Source of the DNA: a bacterium
GTDB taxonomy: Bacteria > Patescibacteriota > Saccharimonadia > Saccharimonadales > SZUA-47
Direction: 5' to 3'
Length of the DNA: 60,712 bases
NCBI GenBank assembly: GCA_030427445.1
Contig: JAUIBQ010000004.1
Span: forward strand, 1-60,712
Position 1 is the first letter of the stretch. Each line of letters opens with the position of its first letter. A model generated the notes under the pieces. That model was not told the DNA's origin. It saw nothing but the letters and a program-made list of their open reading frames with translations, and ran no database searches. Positions 30,401 to 42,700 of the stretch are shown here, piece after piece. The translations under genes and the position numbers were made by a program.

Positions 30401-33400
30401 TGTTGGAGCTGTAGCAGACTCTAGTACATCTACAATCTATGCGAACCAGATGGATGCGTCAGACAATCTTGTACTTCAAGCATCTGGTACGGCAGACGTA
30501 CTTATTAACTCAGACACAAGCATCACAGGAGCACTTGACGTGACTGGTGCAGCAACCTTCGACGGAAATGTCACAGTCGGCGACGCAGCTGGCGACACAC
30601 TCACCGTGAACGCTGGCTCTATCCAATTTGCTAATAACTTCACTAGTTGTACAGTCATTAACACTGATGCTTCAGGCAACTTAGGATGTGATACTAGTAC
30701 ATATTTGACATCAGCAACTGTCTCGTTGCAGGGTGCTTATGACGGTGGTAATACGGTCACTACAACTAATGCACGCGATATATTGTTCACTCTTGCAGAC
30801 ACTACGACCGATAGTGACTTTATCATTGATATAGCTAGTGGTTCTACAAGTGAATTTGCTATCAAAGGTGCGGGCACCAACTTCTTCACAGCTACCCAAA
30901 CAACATCTCAAGAAGGTCAAATAGCAATTAAGTCTAACAGTGACTATGCTTTTGCTATTACAAACTTCCCTAACCAAGAAGTCTTTACTGTAGACGCAAA
31001 CTATGCACAAACTTTAGTAAGTAATAATGCTAACACTGCAGGACGACCAGCACTATCATTTGCACAAGATACAGACACCGGAATATATCGCATAGGTGCT
31101 GATCAGATTGGCGTCTCGACAGGTGGTTCTTTGAGAGTATCAGTTACTGACGCAACGACGACCGTAACAAACGCTCTAACTGTCACTGGCCTCACCACCC
31201 TCAACGGTGGCCTCACTGTCGAAGCAGGTGATAACTTCACCTTTAACTCAGATGTTTTCACAGACTTCACTGGTGGAGGACTATACAACAACTCCGGAGT
31301 ACTTAGTGTCTCTAACACTGGCGCATCTGGCTTTTTCCAGAATGGTGGAAACTTATTTGGCACTACAGCTACCCTAGGAACTAATGACCTAAACCCACTA
31401 GTACTTAGAACTAACTCCACAACAGCATTAACCATTGATACTTCTCAGAACATTACTACCACAGGAAACTTAGACGTGGCTGGTCGCGGTGCGTTTGGTA
31501 ATACTGGTGGTATAGGGACTAACTTTAATTTACTCGGAATCTTGCAGGTTGATGCTGAGCTATCTGTGGAAGCTAGCATTACATCTGTTATAAACGATGC
31601 ATATCAAGCTGCATCGGCAAATATATTATCTGTCAACCCAGCATCAAACCCTGCATCTTCTGGAAATATTATAGGAGGATTTGATTACGCTGAGGTGAAT
31701 GCTGCCAACACTACAAATGTTAGTAACCTAAATCTTGTTGGAACCGCTGGATTCGCTGTTGCACAAGGTAGCGGTGACATAGGAAGTGTTTCAGGCGGTT
31801 CCTTCAGTACTACTAATCTCAGCACGGGTACAGTCGGAGTGCTCTCGGGCATAGAAGCAGTTGTTACAAGTGGTGGGAGTGTGTCGGAGGCCTATGGAGG
31901 TAATATCATCCTTGGCAATTCAGGCAGTGGGACAATCTCAAACGCCAGAGGACTGAGAATTGACGTATTTAACTCGGGCAGTAGTATAACAAATGCCGCG
32001 GGCATAGTTGTTGAGAGGGTTCAAGGCACTAATACTACCAACTTGCTACTAGGTACAGGCACAATCCCATCCGGCAACTACTCAATCTACAGTGCTTCAA
32101 CAGCAGCTAACTACTTCGCAGGAAACCTCACATTAAACCAAGCACTGTTAGTTAACGGCAACACTACAATCGGTAACGCGAATACCGACACCTTGACAAT
32201 AAACGCTGGTTCATCTGGAAGTGGCATTACATTTGGGGATAGCTCATTTGCAAACTGTACACTTACTACGGTTGCAGGCGTTCTAACGTGTGGTTCATCT
32301 GGCTCTGCTTCTGACTTACAGGGTGCTTACGTCGGTGGTAACACAATTGTGGCAACCAATGCCGAAGGCGACATTGATTTGACGGTATCTGAAGCAACGA
32401 ACTTTACTGTAGACATAACAGGTACTGGTAACTTCCAGGTGCAAGACGGGGGCACACCGGTATTTACAGTAGCTGACGGCGGGGCATCAACATTTGCTGG
32501 GACATTAGCCGTGAATGCAGGCACTATAACAAACAGCGGTGCTGCTCAGTTAATTAACTTTACTTTAGGTGATGACGCAGATCAGGATCAGGTGGTAGGT
32601 CTAGCTGTTCAGCCGACAAGTGTAAACGGTGGTGATTTCGACAATCTTGTAGCTATATATGCAGCGCCTATTACTGCCTATGCTAACACCTGGGAAGTTG
32701 CGTACGGAGTTGGAGCTGGGTACGATATCGACTTTATTGTTTCAGACTCAGACGCAGTCTTTGCAGTAAATGATGGTGGGGTGTACAACTTCAACTCATA
32801 TAATGGTGCAACATTTGATACGCTAGTCACAATTACTGATGTAGGTTCCGTTGGTAACGTCGGTATAACCGGCACATTGCAGGTTGATGGCCTCACCACC
32901 CTTAACGGTGGCCTCACTATCCAAGCGGGAGACACATTTAACTTCAACAGTGACGCGTTTAGTGACTTCACAGGGGGCGGTCTCTACAACAATGCCGGTG
33001 TATTAAGCGTCACGAACACTGGTGCAAATGGGTTCTTCCAAAATGGCGGGAACAGCTTCGGTGTAGCTACCACTATCGGCACTAATGATGCACAAGCCCT
33101 AGGTATAGAAACAGGTGGGACCACACGCTTCACAGTAGCAGCTGCAGCCTCGACCCTAACTGGTAACGGCGCTACAACAATATTTGGTGGAACTTCACTT
33201 TACTTAGGTACTACTGGGGCCAATTCACTAACATTGGCTACAAATGGTACTACGAGGTTTACAGTAGCTAATAATGCTTCAACCATAAGCGGAAACGGTG
33301 CGACAAGTCTTGTTGGTGGTACTACACTAACCCTCAACGCAGCAGCTACAAGTGCACTCAACTTAGGGACAACTCAAACAACTGGAATACTTACCATTGG

Positions 33401-36400
33401 AGGCACTGGTGCAGCAACAGGAGCTATCAACCTAGGTACAGGTACGGGAGACCAAACGATCAACCTGGCAACTGGAAGCGGGTCTGGCAATAAGACAGTT
33501 ACGCTTGGAGCAAATAACGGTTCTAGTTCTACGACAGTACGATCAGGTTCTGGTGGAATTTCTCTACAAGGTAATACATCTGTATCTGGTCAACTCACAA
33601 TCGGTCAGGCTGATACTACCGGTACACTGCTCGTTTTAGATACTAAAACAGATCTAGGTGATCCGTCTGGCGTAAATGGTGCCCTGTACTACAACTCTAA
33701 TATTGATAAGTTCCGATGCTATGAAAATGGTTCATGGGTTGATTGTATGGCTGTAGTTTCAAACGGGACAAACCTGTATGGAGGCACAGGTGCACTTAGC
33801 ACAAATACAACAGGGTACAGTAATGTGGCATTTGGACAGAATGCGTTAGGGGTAAGTACGACAGGTTGGCAAAATGTCGCGGTAGGTGTTGGATCACTTT
33901 TTTCATCAACAGGTAATGACAATATCGCAATTGGCTTTAATGCTGGAGATAACCTCACTTCTGGCAACGGCAACATAATTATTGGCTCTGATATAGATTT
34001 TGCCTCTGCAACTGGCTTTAATCAACTAAACATCGCAGGTCTCATAACAAGCTCAAACTACACATCAGGCGGGCAGTTTAATGGCACCCTATTAGTGACA
34101 GGTCTAACTACACTCAATGGTGGCCTCACTGTTGAAGCAGGCGACACATTCACATTTAACTCCGATGCATTCACAGACTTCACTGGCGGTGGGTTAGTAA
34201 ATACAGGCGGTGTTCTATCAGTTGATACAACATCTGCAGCTGGCTTCTTCCGTAATGGAGGAAATAGCTTCAGTGGTACTGCAACATTAGGCACAAACAA
34301 CGCTAACAGTTTAGTACTGGAAACTAACAATCAATCAGCGCTAACTATAGCTAATGGCGGTGCTATTACTCTCCAGAACGCATCTAACTCTACAAATGCG
34401 TTTCGTGTGAACACGTCAGGAGGGGCGTCACTACTTAACGTCGATACTACAAACTCACTCGTGACGGTAGCGACGCCAGTCTTCCAGACAGTGACAAACA
34501 CTAACTGTGGAGTGAACTGTACTATTACTCAAAGTAATGTAGACAACAATTCAGCAATCATTGTAAATGCTACAGCAGAAGAACTGGAGATCACTCTACC
34601 TGATCCTACTAATGCTACAGCTGGTCGTGTTGTGTATGTTACAGCAGCGAATGGTTCAAACGACTTCACATTGCTTGTAAATGGCGGTGGTCAAGGCAAC
34701 GAGATTGCGATGCGCGCTAATACTACAGCGACGATGATTTGGAATGGAAATGATTGGACAGCTGCTGGTGCATCTAGTTCTACAACTCTGCAGGCAGCAT
34801 ATGACAATACACTTACAAGTGCCGGTGGTGCAGAAATTGTACTAAGTGCCGCAGGAGGAAACGCAGACGGACTTACAGTTCGAAACAATGCTACTGCGCC
34901 TATTATTGGTGGTATATTTGAGGCTCAGACGTCTATAGGCTCTAACTTGTTCAGTGTGAACAACAATGCAACAGAATTTGCAACGAATGGTGGAGCAGAA
35001 ACCGACGGTGGTGGGGCAAGTACATTCCCAGTAAGTACTTGGGATACAACTACAGGCGGTACGGTCGATAGATACACTACAGCTGGCGACAACGTCGCTA
35101 CAGGACAGGCTTCTGTACGAGTTCAGACTACAGGTGTTAATCACGGCGCTCGAAATAGAATAAGCACCGCACTGACATCAGGTCTTACATACACCGTGTC
35201 ATTTGCTGTCAGAGCTACTTCAAGCTTCTCAACGTTAGATGTTCTTTACTCTCCTGATGGCTCTACTTCCGGCACGACTAACTGTGCAACTGGACAACGA
35301 GTAACTAGTGGCCAGTGGACTCGCATCACCTGTACGTTTGTAGCTGGTGGTAGTATCAACTCAAATAATTCAATATTGATAAGACAGTCAGATGGAACAT
35401 CAAGGACATTCTATATAGACAACTTGAGTATCAACGTGAACGCTTCGGCTTCGTTCGCGGCAGATGGTAGCGTAGATGTAGCACTTGGCAGTAATTGGAC
35501 TGCATTCGGTACGCTAGACTCACTTACAAGAGAGACAAGCGTTATCTATGACACAAGTGGAAGTGTTGCTGTTGATACTCCTAACGCTGCTAACAGGGGC
35601 GTACGAAACAACCTATCGATTACTCCAGATACAGATACTCAATACCTCGTCAGTTTCTATGCGAGAAGCACAAACACATTCAATGACATTCGGGTCAGAT
35701 ACTCACGTAACGGAGGTTCAAACTTCGTAACTTGTGAAGACTACAATACTCAGAGCATATCGACGACTGGCTTTACAAAAGTAACGTGTCTCTTCACGAC
35801 AGACGGTACGACTGCATCTAACCCCGACTTGATTATTGATCAACCAACGGGCTCTAACCGTATCTTCTACATCGATGCGCTCACTGTGACACTTAACAGC
35901 GATACATCTAACAATGTTCAGATTGGTGGTGGTAATAGAGGTGGTCCCGTTACACTGTTCACCCTCGACAGATCAGCTGGTGCTCCGATAGCAGACAACA
36001 ACGAAGCATATCTCGGCTCTATGTACTATGACACCACAACAGGACGCATCCAATGTTATGAAGCTGATGGATGGGGTGCATGTGGTGCTCCACCTGACAA
36101 CGTAGTTAACCTAAACCCTGAGTATGCTGGTTCTGTGCTTAACGGCTCTGGTGTGGGTACTATGACTGCAGACTTCTGTTCAAATGGTACTGACCTTACT
36201 GTGAACACCAGTTTCTGTGATACAGGTGAAGCGCGTAACTTCTACAACTGGACATCTCCTCAAGCTACAGAACAGACATATAGCATCTATGTGACGTATC
36301 AATTACCTGAAACCTTTAACGGCTTTAGTAGCGATGACACTGTTCAGCTTGTGGGTCGTGTCGACAATACATCTAATGCATCTGTAACTTACGAAATGTT

Positions 36401-36638
36401 CCACTCAACTGGATCCGATGTAACTCAGTGTGGTACTGGTGAAACGAATGTTATTACAGGTGGTGGGGGCTCTGCAGATACGTGGTATAGCTACGGTATT
36501 AACGGCAACGAATCTACAGGCTGTGCGTTAAACGCGAGCGCAGCAGGAGATTTCATCATCTTCAAGATCAACTTGAAGGCACAAAGTAATGCTAACGCCT
36601 ATGTCTCAACCTTAAGCTTTGTTACTACTGGTAGATAG
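27483..36638 (+). CDS. Giant exported fibre/adhesin-like protein 1 (up to 3051 aa; start uncertain, alternative TTG 27870)
   Basis: Signal peptide ending IASA; TLNFQGRLLD domain; right-handed beta-helix (~29360-30450); three LNGGLT..AGD repeats; two CBM4/9-like domains (~34960-35900). Confidence 0.88.
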   Translation: MLPTNNKKQHVKYLKNNKHKNVLLNICTARDGRASLAGVRGHIQRVWPLFFGLIFQISRRSTSRARVLNDVCSEKVVNRTQSSTSRARVLNAGFGLRRAKLSILGQTQSSTSRARVLNAGFGFEYAQPSLQSGLTSRARVLILAIVMMLVAPMVMAVTNVGIASAAPSDTLNFQGRLLDVSGGLVSDGYYNIEFNLYTAASGGSSIWTESREYNSGSGSCTGPINGNDCRVRVSNGYFSVYLGEVTALPNIDYSQQLYLTMNIDQNGTTSAGAITYDGEMNPRFKLTAVPYAFRAANVASGDTNAASTDSSDVSITTGDALGATSDSGDVTIDSGTATGTAGQVLLGTTNASGVLIGNAGATTTIQGSVSLTGAGTALTVTNDAQFNGDVTIGSDTSDSLTVEADATFNGSLTVSTGDVFQNAGATLFSATSISDRATGGNIGTAAATVDIATTFDVNQTTAGQTLTLPTPTNTASGRVVYVNNVGSENFTMYGETIETGSSSTFIWNGSSWTTSVSFSNTGVDTVGALDGVAAAANGATISGTTIYLQSASATAAGLVNTSAQTFAGTKTFNNGIVLAANQTLTVTGGTTANRPGSPTAGMVYYDTDTNTLLTYNGTKWIADRGEYIIVAANDSTQAEKDSADYVADNTDDHLTINSAIGALSSGGGKVLLLPGTFTVDGSIEIESNVTLAGSGQEATTLIAEAGALAAQYDVIENANPGSTDNNITIRDLTIDGNKDNVTGNDVEGILFDTVGSGSGATYVRGFLIENITVTDTEGNGIDIDTSANGSIKNVTVKDFGVANGIRLLDSDYIRVEGSDIIDGLADGLFISASDNNIVYGNFIDDNGNNGLELNGATRDNVIDGNRITNSGDHGIELAGVGAKQYNIISNNYIGNNTDRGFTSVNSYHNTITGNQFYTNDASGVDSHINLGGSGANNVITNNVIRESSSDGSVSIAIASGNATTYVADNLIDNVGAVADSSTSTIYANQMDASDNLVLQASGTADVLINSDTSITGALDVTGAATFDGNVTVGDAAGDTLTVNAGSIQFANNFTSCTVINTDASGNLGCDTSTYLTSATVSLQGAYDGGNTVTTTNARDILFTLADTTTDSDFIIDIASGSTSEFAIKGAGTNFFTATQTTSQEGQIAIKSNSDYAFAITNFPNQEVFTVDANYAQTLVSNNANTAGRPALSFAQDTDTGIYRIGADQIGVSTGGSLRVSVTDATTTVTNALTVTGLTTLNGGLTVEAGDNFTFNSDVFTDFTGGGLYNNSGVLSVSNTGASGFFQNGGNLFGTTATLGTNDLNPLVLRTNSTTALTIDTSQNITTTGNLDVAGRGAFGNTGGIGTNFNLLGILQVDAELSVEASITSVINDAYQAASANILSVNPASNPASSGNIIGGFDYAEVNAANTTNVSNLNLVGTAGFAVAQGSGDIGSVSGGSFSTTNLSTGTVGVLSGIEAVVTSGGSVSEAYGGNIILGNSGSGTISNARGLRIDVFNSGSSITNAAGIVVERVQGTNTTNLLLGTGTIPSGNYSIYSASTAANYFAGNLTLNQALLVNGNTTIGNANTDTLTINAGSSGSGITFGDSSFANCTLTTVAGVLTCGSSGSASDLQGAYVGGNTIVATNAEGDIDLTVSEATNFTVDITGTGNFQVQDGGTPVFTVADGGASTFAGTLAVNAGTITNSGAAQLINFTLGDDADQDQVVGLAVQPTSVNGGDFDNLVAIYAAPITAYANTWEVAYGVGAGYDIDFIVSDSDAVFAVNDGGVYNFNSYNGATFDTLVTITDVGSVGNVGITGTLQVDGLTTLNGGLTIQAGDTFNFNSDAFSDFTGGGLYNNAGVLSVTNTGANGFFQNGGNSFGVATTIGTNDAQALGIETGGTTRFTVAAAASTLTGNGATTIFGGTSLYLGTTGANSLTLATNGTTRFTVANNASTISGNGATSLVGGTTLTLNAAATSALNLGTTQTTGILTIGGTGAATGAINLGTGTGDQTINLATGSGSGNKTVTLGANNGSSSTTVRSGSGGISLQGNTSVSGQLTIGQADTTGTLLVLDTKTDLGDPSGVNGALYYNSNIDKFRCYENGSWVDCMAVVSNGTNLYGGTGALSTNTTGYSNVAFGQNALGVSTTGWQNVAVGVGSLFSSTGNDNIAIGFNAGDNLTSGNGNIIIGSDIDFASATGFNQLNIAGLITSSNYTSGGQFNGTLLVTGLTTLNGGLTVEAGDTFTFNSDAFTDFTGGGLVNTGGVLSVDTTSAAGFFRNGGNSFSGTATLGTNNANSLVLETNNQSALTIANGGAITLQNASNSTNAFRVNTSGGASLLNVDTTNSLVTVATPVFQTVTNTNCGVNCTITQSNVDNNSAIIVNATAEELEITLPDPTNATAGRVVYVTAANGSNDFTLLVNGGGQGNEIAMRANTTATMIWNGNDWTAAGASSSTTLQAAYDNTLTSAGGAEIVLSAAGGNADGLTVRNNATAPIIGGIFEAQTSIGSNLFSVNNNATEFATNGGAETDGGGASTFPVSTWDTTTGGTVDRYTTAGDNVATGQASVRVQTTGVNHGARNRISTALTSGLTYTVSFAVRATSSFSTLDVLYSPDGSTSGTTNCATGQRVTSGQWTRITCTFVAGGSINSNNSILIRQSDGTSRTFYIDNLSINVNASASFAADGSVDVALGSNWTAFGTLDSLTRETSVIYDTSGSVAVDTPNAANRGVRNNLSITPDTDTQYLVSFYARSTNTFNDIRVRYSRNGGSNFVTCEDYNTQSISTTGFTKVTCLFTTDGTTASNPDLIIDQPTGSNRIFYIDALTVTLNSDTSNNVQIGGGNRGGPVTLFTLDRSAGAPIADNNEAYLGSMYYDTTTGRIQCYEADGWGACGAPPDNVVNLNPEYAGSVLNGSGVGTMTADFCSNGTDLTVNTSFCDTGEARNFYNWTSPQATEQTYSIYVTYQLPETFNGFSSDDTVQLVGRVDNTSNASVTYEMFHSTGSDVTQCGTGETNVITGGGGSADTWYSYGINGNESTGCALNASAAGDFIIFKINLKAQSNANAYVSTLSFVTTGR
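27600..27635 (+). terminator. Terminator-like hairpin inside the 5' part of gene 1
   Basis: AGAGGCCATATAC-AAC-GTGTATGGCCTCT-TTTCTTT. Confidence 0.7.
27643..27914 (+). repeat. Array of four hairpins with an invariant 21-nt cap
   Basis: AACCTCACGCGCCCGAGTGTT at 27665, 27731, 27812 and 27884, each closed by a complementary stem. Confidence 0.95.
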
Positions 36639-36790
36639 CACATAACGTTGTACATAAATCTACACTCAAAGTAAGTTAAAATCCATAGATTAATCGAATA
36701 CTATTAGTGTTCTAAAACTACTGTTACATATGTTCTGGTTATGCTAAAATAAGCTATAGAATTATAGAGATAAACATTCTAAGGGCGTGG

Positions 36791-39700
36791 ATGAAAAGAT
36801 TCAGAGGGTATTCTAAATCGAGCAGGAGCGGCAAGATGGTCGCAAGTGGATACTATGCTTTAAGTGATATAGGCTTATTTATTCTCGACCGAGTAGAGAG
36901 GCTTACTAGATCATTTTCTCATTCAAGACGGCTTAGTTTTTTGTTTTTGGCAGTCTTGTTTTCTTTCTCGATTTTTAGTGAGGCATTACTGTTTTTAAGC
37001 AAAGTTGATGCTTCTGACAGAATTACAGGGCAAGTCGAACAACTCTTGGTTGAGAAAATATCTAGCTATGGGAATTTTTTGAGTTTGAGCGAAGACGGAT
37101 CGCATTATGAATACAACAAGGGGTACCAAACCGGCAACAGTACGCTCGGAACGAAAGCATCGCCAAAGTTTAGCGGTCAATTCCCAGTCGATGGCTCAGA
37201 AGGTGTAACGGTCAACGATCCTTCCAGTGGTGTATCGATAAAGATTATCCCGCAGTTTAGGGTTGGAGACGCGTCCAAAGACGAAAATCGACTTGTATAT
37301 CCTCTCCTGGGCAGAGATGCCCTAAAAGTCGTCTCTCTCGGAGGAATCGGTTACAAAGAAGATATCGTTCTCAACACCTACCAGGGGAGGAGTCTTGAAT
37401 TTGACTATGAGTTAGATATACCAAACGGCATTGAGGCTAGACTCGAAGCTGACGGGTCGGTTGCGTTCTATGGCGTCAGAGATGAACTATTGGGTGATGT
37501 CACGACTGCAACCGAACAAGATTTACAGCTACTCGAGAGCGCAAAAGAAAATGGTGAGAAAACAAATTTATTGTTCAGGATACCAGCCCCATACACGCTT
37601 GAATACGCTAGGGAAGTGAGTGTCGTTGATACGTATTTCAAGCTTGACGGTACGACGTTAACCACAGTTGCAACGAACCTCGCTGAGGCGAAATATCCTT
37701 TAACCATCGATCCAAGTGTGTATGTAGAAACTGCACGGAAATTTCTACGTGGTAATGAAGAAACGAACGTCGACTTTGATGTCGACAATGAATTAATTCA
37801 GAAAGGCACCACCACAGGTGCTCGGTTCAATAATTGGTCGAGCACGCTAGCTTTAAACGAAGGACTATACGATGGCGGCAGTGCAGTAGCTGGTGGATAT
37901 GTCTACTACGTAGGGGGCCACACAGGTGCAGGTGGCACAACAGTCGAAACATTTACGTCTGATGGTACGTTTAACGTCCCGGCAGGAGTTACATCGGTAA
38001 CTGTAGAGATGTGGGGCGGTGGCGGCGGTGGCGGCGGCGGCGGTACGAACGCCGGCAGTAATGGCGGTGATGGCGGCGGCGGCGGCTACGCACGTTCAAC
38101 TGTGTCTGTGACACCTGCAGAAAACCTGAATGTTCTTGTTGGCGGCGGTGGTGGCGGCGGTGAAGTAAGTGGTATCTCAGGATCAGGCGGCGGTGGCGGC
38201 GGTCACTCAGAAGTCAATCGCGGTGGTTCACCTTTGGTTATAGCGCCAGGCGGCGGCGGTGGTGGCGGCGGTGATAACTCAGGCGGTGCTGTAGCTGGAG
38301 GTGATGGTGGTGCAGGTGGAGATTCTTCTGGCGGCCTTCCCGGTGATAGCTCAGGATCAGCAGGCGGCGGTGGCGCTGCAACATCTTCTAGCGGTGGCTC
38401 AGGAGGTAATGGTCCTAATAGTGATGGTGAAGCAGGTGGGTCTGAGTTTGGTGGCGACGGTGCAGACGGTCGTGATACCGAAGATAATTCAGATGGCTCT
38501 GCGGCAAATGGCGGATCAAATGGCGGCGGTCCAGGTGGTTTAGCGAACGAGAGCGCTGCGGGTTTTGGTGCTGGCGGTGGCGGTGGTAGCGGATATTATG
38601 GCGGCGGTGGTGGCGCTGGTTCGCAGTCTGGTGGTGATGGTGGTGGCGGTGGTGGTAGTGGTGTTGCGTATTTTGGTGCAGGTACGTCTTCCACGACATC
38701 CACTGGTGGAAGTGGCGCTACACCGGGTAACAGTGGCGACCTTGATCGTGCTGGTGCTGCAGATGGCGGTTCAGGCGGAAACTCAGGAGGCTCTCAGTCA
38801 GCCGGTAGTGTAGGGGACGACGGTATCGTAATTATTTCTTATACAGTATCAGCTTCAAACACAACCAATACTACAGTCTACTGGGCAAATATCGATGATA
38901 ACAGCGGTGGCGTTAGCTCAGCCAACCCAGGAAATGGTGCATGTGCATCATGGTGTACCAATACTGACTACGACCTACCAGAAGAACGACGATCGTTTAG
39001 TTTAGTGGCATATAATGGGTTTCTTTATGCAATAGGGGGTGAAGACGACAGCGGTAACTTCGAAAGTACAGTTTATATAGCGAAGATAGGCGCCAATGGA
39101 GAGCCGAGTTTATGGCACCCTACTGATGACAACAAGGCAAACTGGGTATATTGGTATGAAGATACCAGCGGAGCTTTATCGACCCCAACCCGCTATGGTG
39201 CTGCAAAGGCCTTTAACAACAGACTCTACTTTTTAGGCGGTGAAACATCTGGCGGCGTTGTATCAACAGTGCAATATACTGACTTCGAACCAACTGGCAC
39301 TTTGTCTGGATGGACAACATCTGGAACATCATCCATGTCCACGCCTCGTTACATGCATTCAGTCGAAGCATACAATGACTATCTCTATGTAATAGGCGGA
39401 GATGCGAACACTAGTGGTTCTTTATTGAATACTGTCGATTATGTAAAGCTTGCGAACGATGGGACTTTTGATGGATCCTGGGAATCCACGAGCGCTTTTA
39501 GTAGTGCAAGGCGTACAAATGGCGGTAAATTTACAGCAGTGTACGGAGCATATATTTATTTAACAGGTGGGTGTGTCTCTGTAAGCAGTGGGTATTGTCA
39601 GTCTGTGGGGGATGAAATACAGATTGCTAGCATCTTTGCCGACGGCAGTCTGGGTGATTGGTCTACTGACAGTAATGAAACCAACAATAGAGTAGGGTAC

Positions 39701-42700
39701 GGCTTACATACATGGCAGGGTCATGTGTATCGAGTTGGTGGTTGTACGTCAGTGTCCCCAGGCAGCCATGATTGCTCGACTGCGCTAAGTGGTGTTGACT
39801 TCGGTACAATCAATCCTCCTGGAGAAGTATCTACAGTCAATATCACTGAGTCGTATGGTAGTGGTAATTGTACTGGTGCGACTCCAAATGATTGCGATTT
39901 ACCAGCGACTGGAGACGGGTCAGGACAAGGAGGGCAGATGCTCTCTATGTCAGTGATACTTAATGGATATTTGTATGTTATCGGAGGCTGTACTAACTTT
40001 GGTTGTAGTGATTCTTCTGGCAACGTTTCTTATGCTCAAGTGAGTTCAGATGGCAGCTTAGTCCAAGAAAGCACTTGTGTTGCAAACGGGAACTCATACG
40101 CAAATAGCGGTAATAGCACATGGTGTGTTGATTCGACTAATAGGGTCAACGGCACCAGCGGTATCTCAGCTGCAGGAGTGACAGTGTTTGAGAACAGAAT
40201 CTATTTGGTTGGAGGTATTGACGGAACAGCGACTGGTACGCAGAGTATCTATTGGAATACGATTAATTCTGATGGTAGTTTGTCAGGTGCATGGTCTTCG
40301 ACATCTTTGAACGCAGCAGGGATCACTGCATATACAGAATTATCGTATACGTACGCTTACGCACGAGCAAATCCACAAGCCGCGGGTACGAATCCAGGTA
40401 ATCTGTATGTGCTTGGCGGATGTACCTCGTTTTCTGCCTCTGCTGGGTGTTCAAGTAGCTACGCTTCGGAAGTTTACAAATGTAACATCACTACGTCTGG
40501 TGCGGTTAGCGGCTGTACGACTTCAGGGCAATTGCAAATTGACTCTGAATTAGCGAGTGAATCTAATGAAGGTCTTGGACTGCATTCAGGAACTGTATAC
40601 GCAAATTACATTTATCTTATTGGTGGGTATAGCGACAATGTAGGTGACCGTGACACTGTATTTTATGCAAGGTTTGATGACAGTAATAATATCGTGGATG
40701 TAGAAAGTGGTACCGCTGTGCTTGGCGACCCTGATGATGATTGGATACAGTCTGCTAATGATCTTGATGTGGGTAGACGACGTGGCTGGGCATTCGGATA
40801 TAACGGACATATATACGCGGTCGGAGGATATGATGATACTGGTACAGGAATTATTCCATTTATTGAGTGGGGTAAGCTCAATGTTAGTGATGGTAGTCTT
40901 GATACTTTTGTAACATCTTCTATTACGATTAACCAACGCTGGGGACTGTCTATGGTAGTGTCTAACTCGTTTGCCTACGTTGTCGGAGGTTGTGATGTTG
41001 GCCCAAGCCCAGGTGGATGTAGTAGTTTCGAACCCTCTGTCCAGACATTCCAGCTTTATAACAATGACTCTGGAGCTCAAGCTAACTACACGGAACAGAT
41101 TGGTAATTTCGCTACGAACAATGATCGAATTGGCTCAAGTGCGGCAATTTTAGACGGATATATATATGTTGCAGGTGGTGATACATCTGGAACTGCTACG
41201 AACAATGTCCAATATGCAAAGCTTAATGCTAATGGGACTATCGGCTCTTGGTCTGATACTACAGCAAGCCTTCCATCTGCTAGGTCATATGGTCAACTCG
41301 AGGTGTCAGGCGGAACACTATATTATGTAGGAGGTGAAGATACTGCTGGTGACGAGAAGAGTGAAGTATACTACGCTACTCCTACGACAACATCTGCAGC
41401 TAATGATACGATTCGCTCAACCACGTATAAGCTTAATTCCAATGAATTTAGTGGTGTTAATTATACGCTCTCACTCAATAACAACTTAGAATCTGACTAC
41501 TACGTAATGGTCGCGGGTGCCGATGATACTAACGGTACTAGTGGCCCAGATAGCTCCCATGTAAGAGTTGATGGTGACCCTTTTGGTAATCTCACAGCTA
41601 CCACTGCAGCAGATGAAATCCGTCTTGAACGTGGAAGTTCTGACGACAACTGGAATGGCACAGTAACTGTTGTCGAATGTATAGACAATTGTGCTACTGA
41701 TGGTTTTCAGTTGAGAGAGGTTATTGACGGAACATTGCAGAGCGGAGATACGAGTGAAGATTTTACTCTCAGTTCTGCGCACGATACTAACACAGTACCT
41801 TTTGGAGGATATTTAGGAGGTGGCTTGTCTACTACTGATACAAATCAAAATAACTTCAATGCGACTGCTGGTGTGCGGGTGCGAAAAAATAGTACCAACC
41901 AAATACGTGTTGAGAGAAACGACACACAGGGTACGGCTTCCGCCGCTGATATAACGATATATGTTGTAGAGTGGGGTTCTAGCTGGAATGTACAAGAAGT
42001 AAATGTAGATAACTGGAGCGAGGGTGGGGCTGGTGTAGACGCGACAGGAGAATATCATCAAGAGAGTATTTCGTCAGTAACGGGCGCAAATACGTGGGTC
42101 TGGAAATCTCCAGGTACATCAGAGCAAAATGGCTTAGGTGATGGCGCTTTTGGTAAGGTGTTGACGCTTGGTGACGGAGTTGCTGATCCAACTGGAACCG
42201 TCACACAAATATCTTTAGGGTCAAGATATAGCGATGCTGCAGACGTTAGGGATGACACAGTGTACGTTATGGAGCATTCAAGCCTGGCTGTTGATTATCG
42301 TTTTCATACTGAGAGCGGAACAATTACATTCACAGAGACTGTTGATAGTTCAATTGAGCCAGAGACTGTTTCAACAATAGGTAACGTTACAAGCTCTGAA
42401 GGCTATAGGGTGCCCCTATTCTACTATTCGTCGACTGGTACAGGTACCGCATACACGCGTGTAGCCGGTTATTCTCACTACTATACGAACGATACAACAG
42501 TATCAATCTCTAGAGACTACAATGGTCAGGATAATGCTGGTTGGTTACAATCAGTAGATTTTGGTAATCTTGCAGGATCAGGCGGTGGAGCAGGTGACAT
42601 ATCTACGTGGTCAACCGCGAGCAATGGTCTTCCTGGTGATAGAACTAAGCATGGTGCTGCGGTGTGGAACGACCGAATATATGTAGTTGGTGGACTGAAT

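Noticed and set aside
38010..38820. GGC/GGT runs as phase-variable repeats
   Set aside because: In-frame mixed Gly codons of a glycine-rich domain
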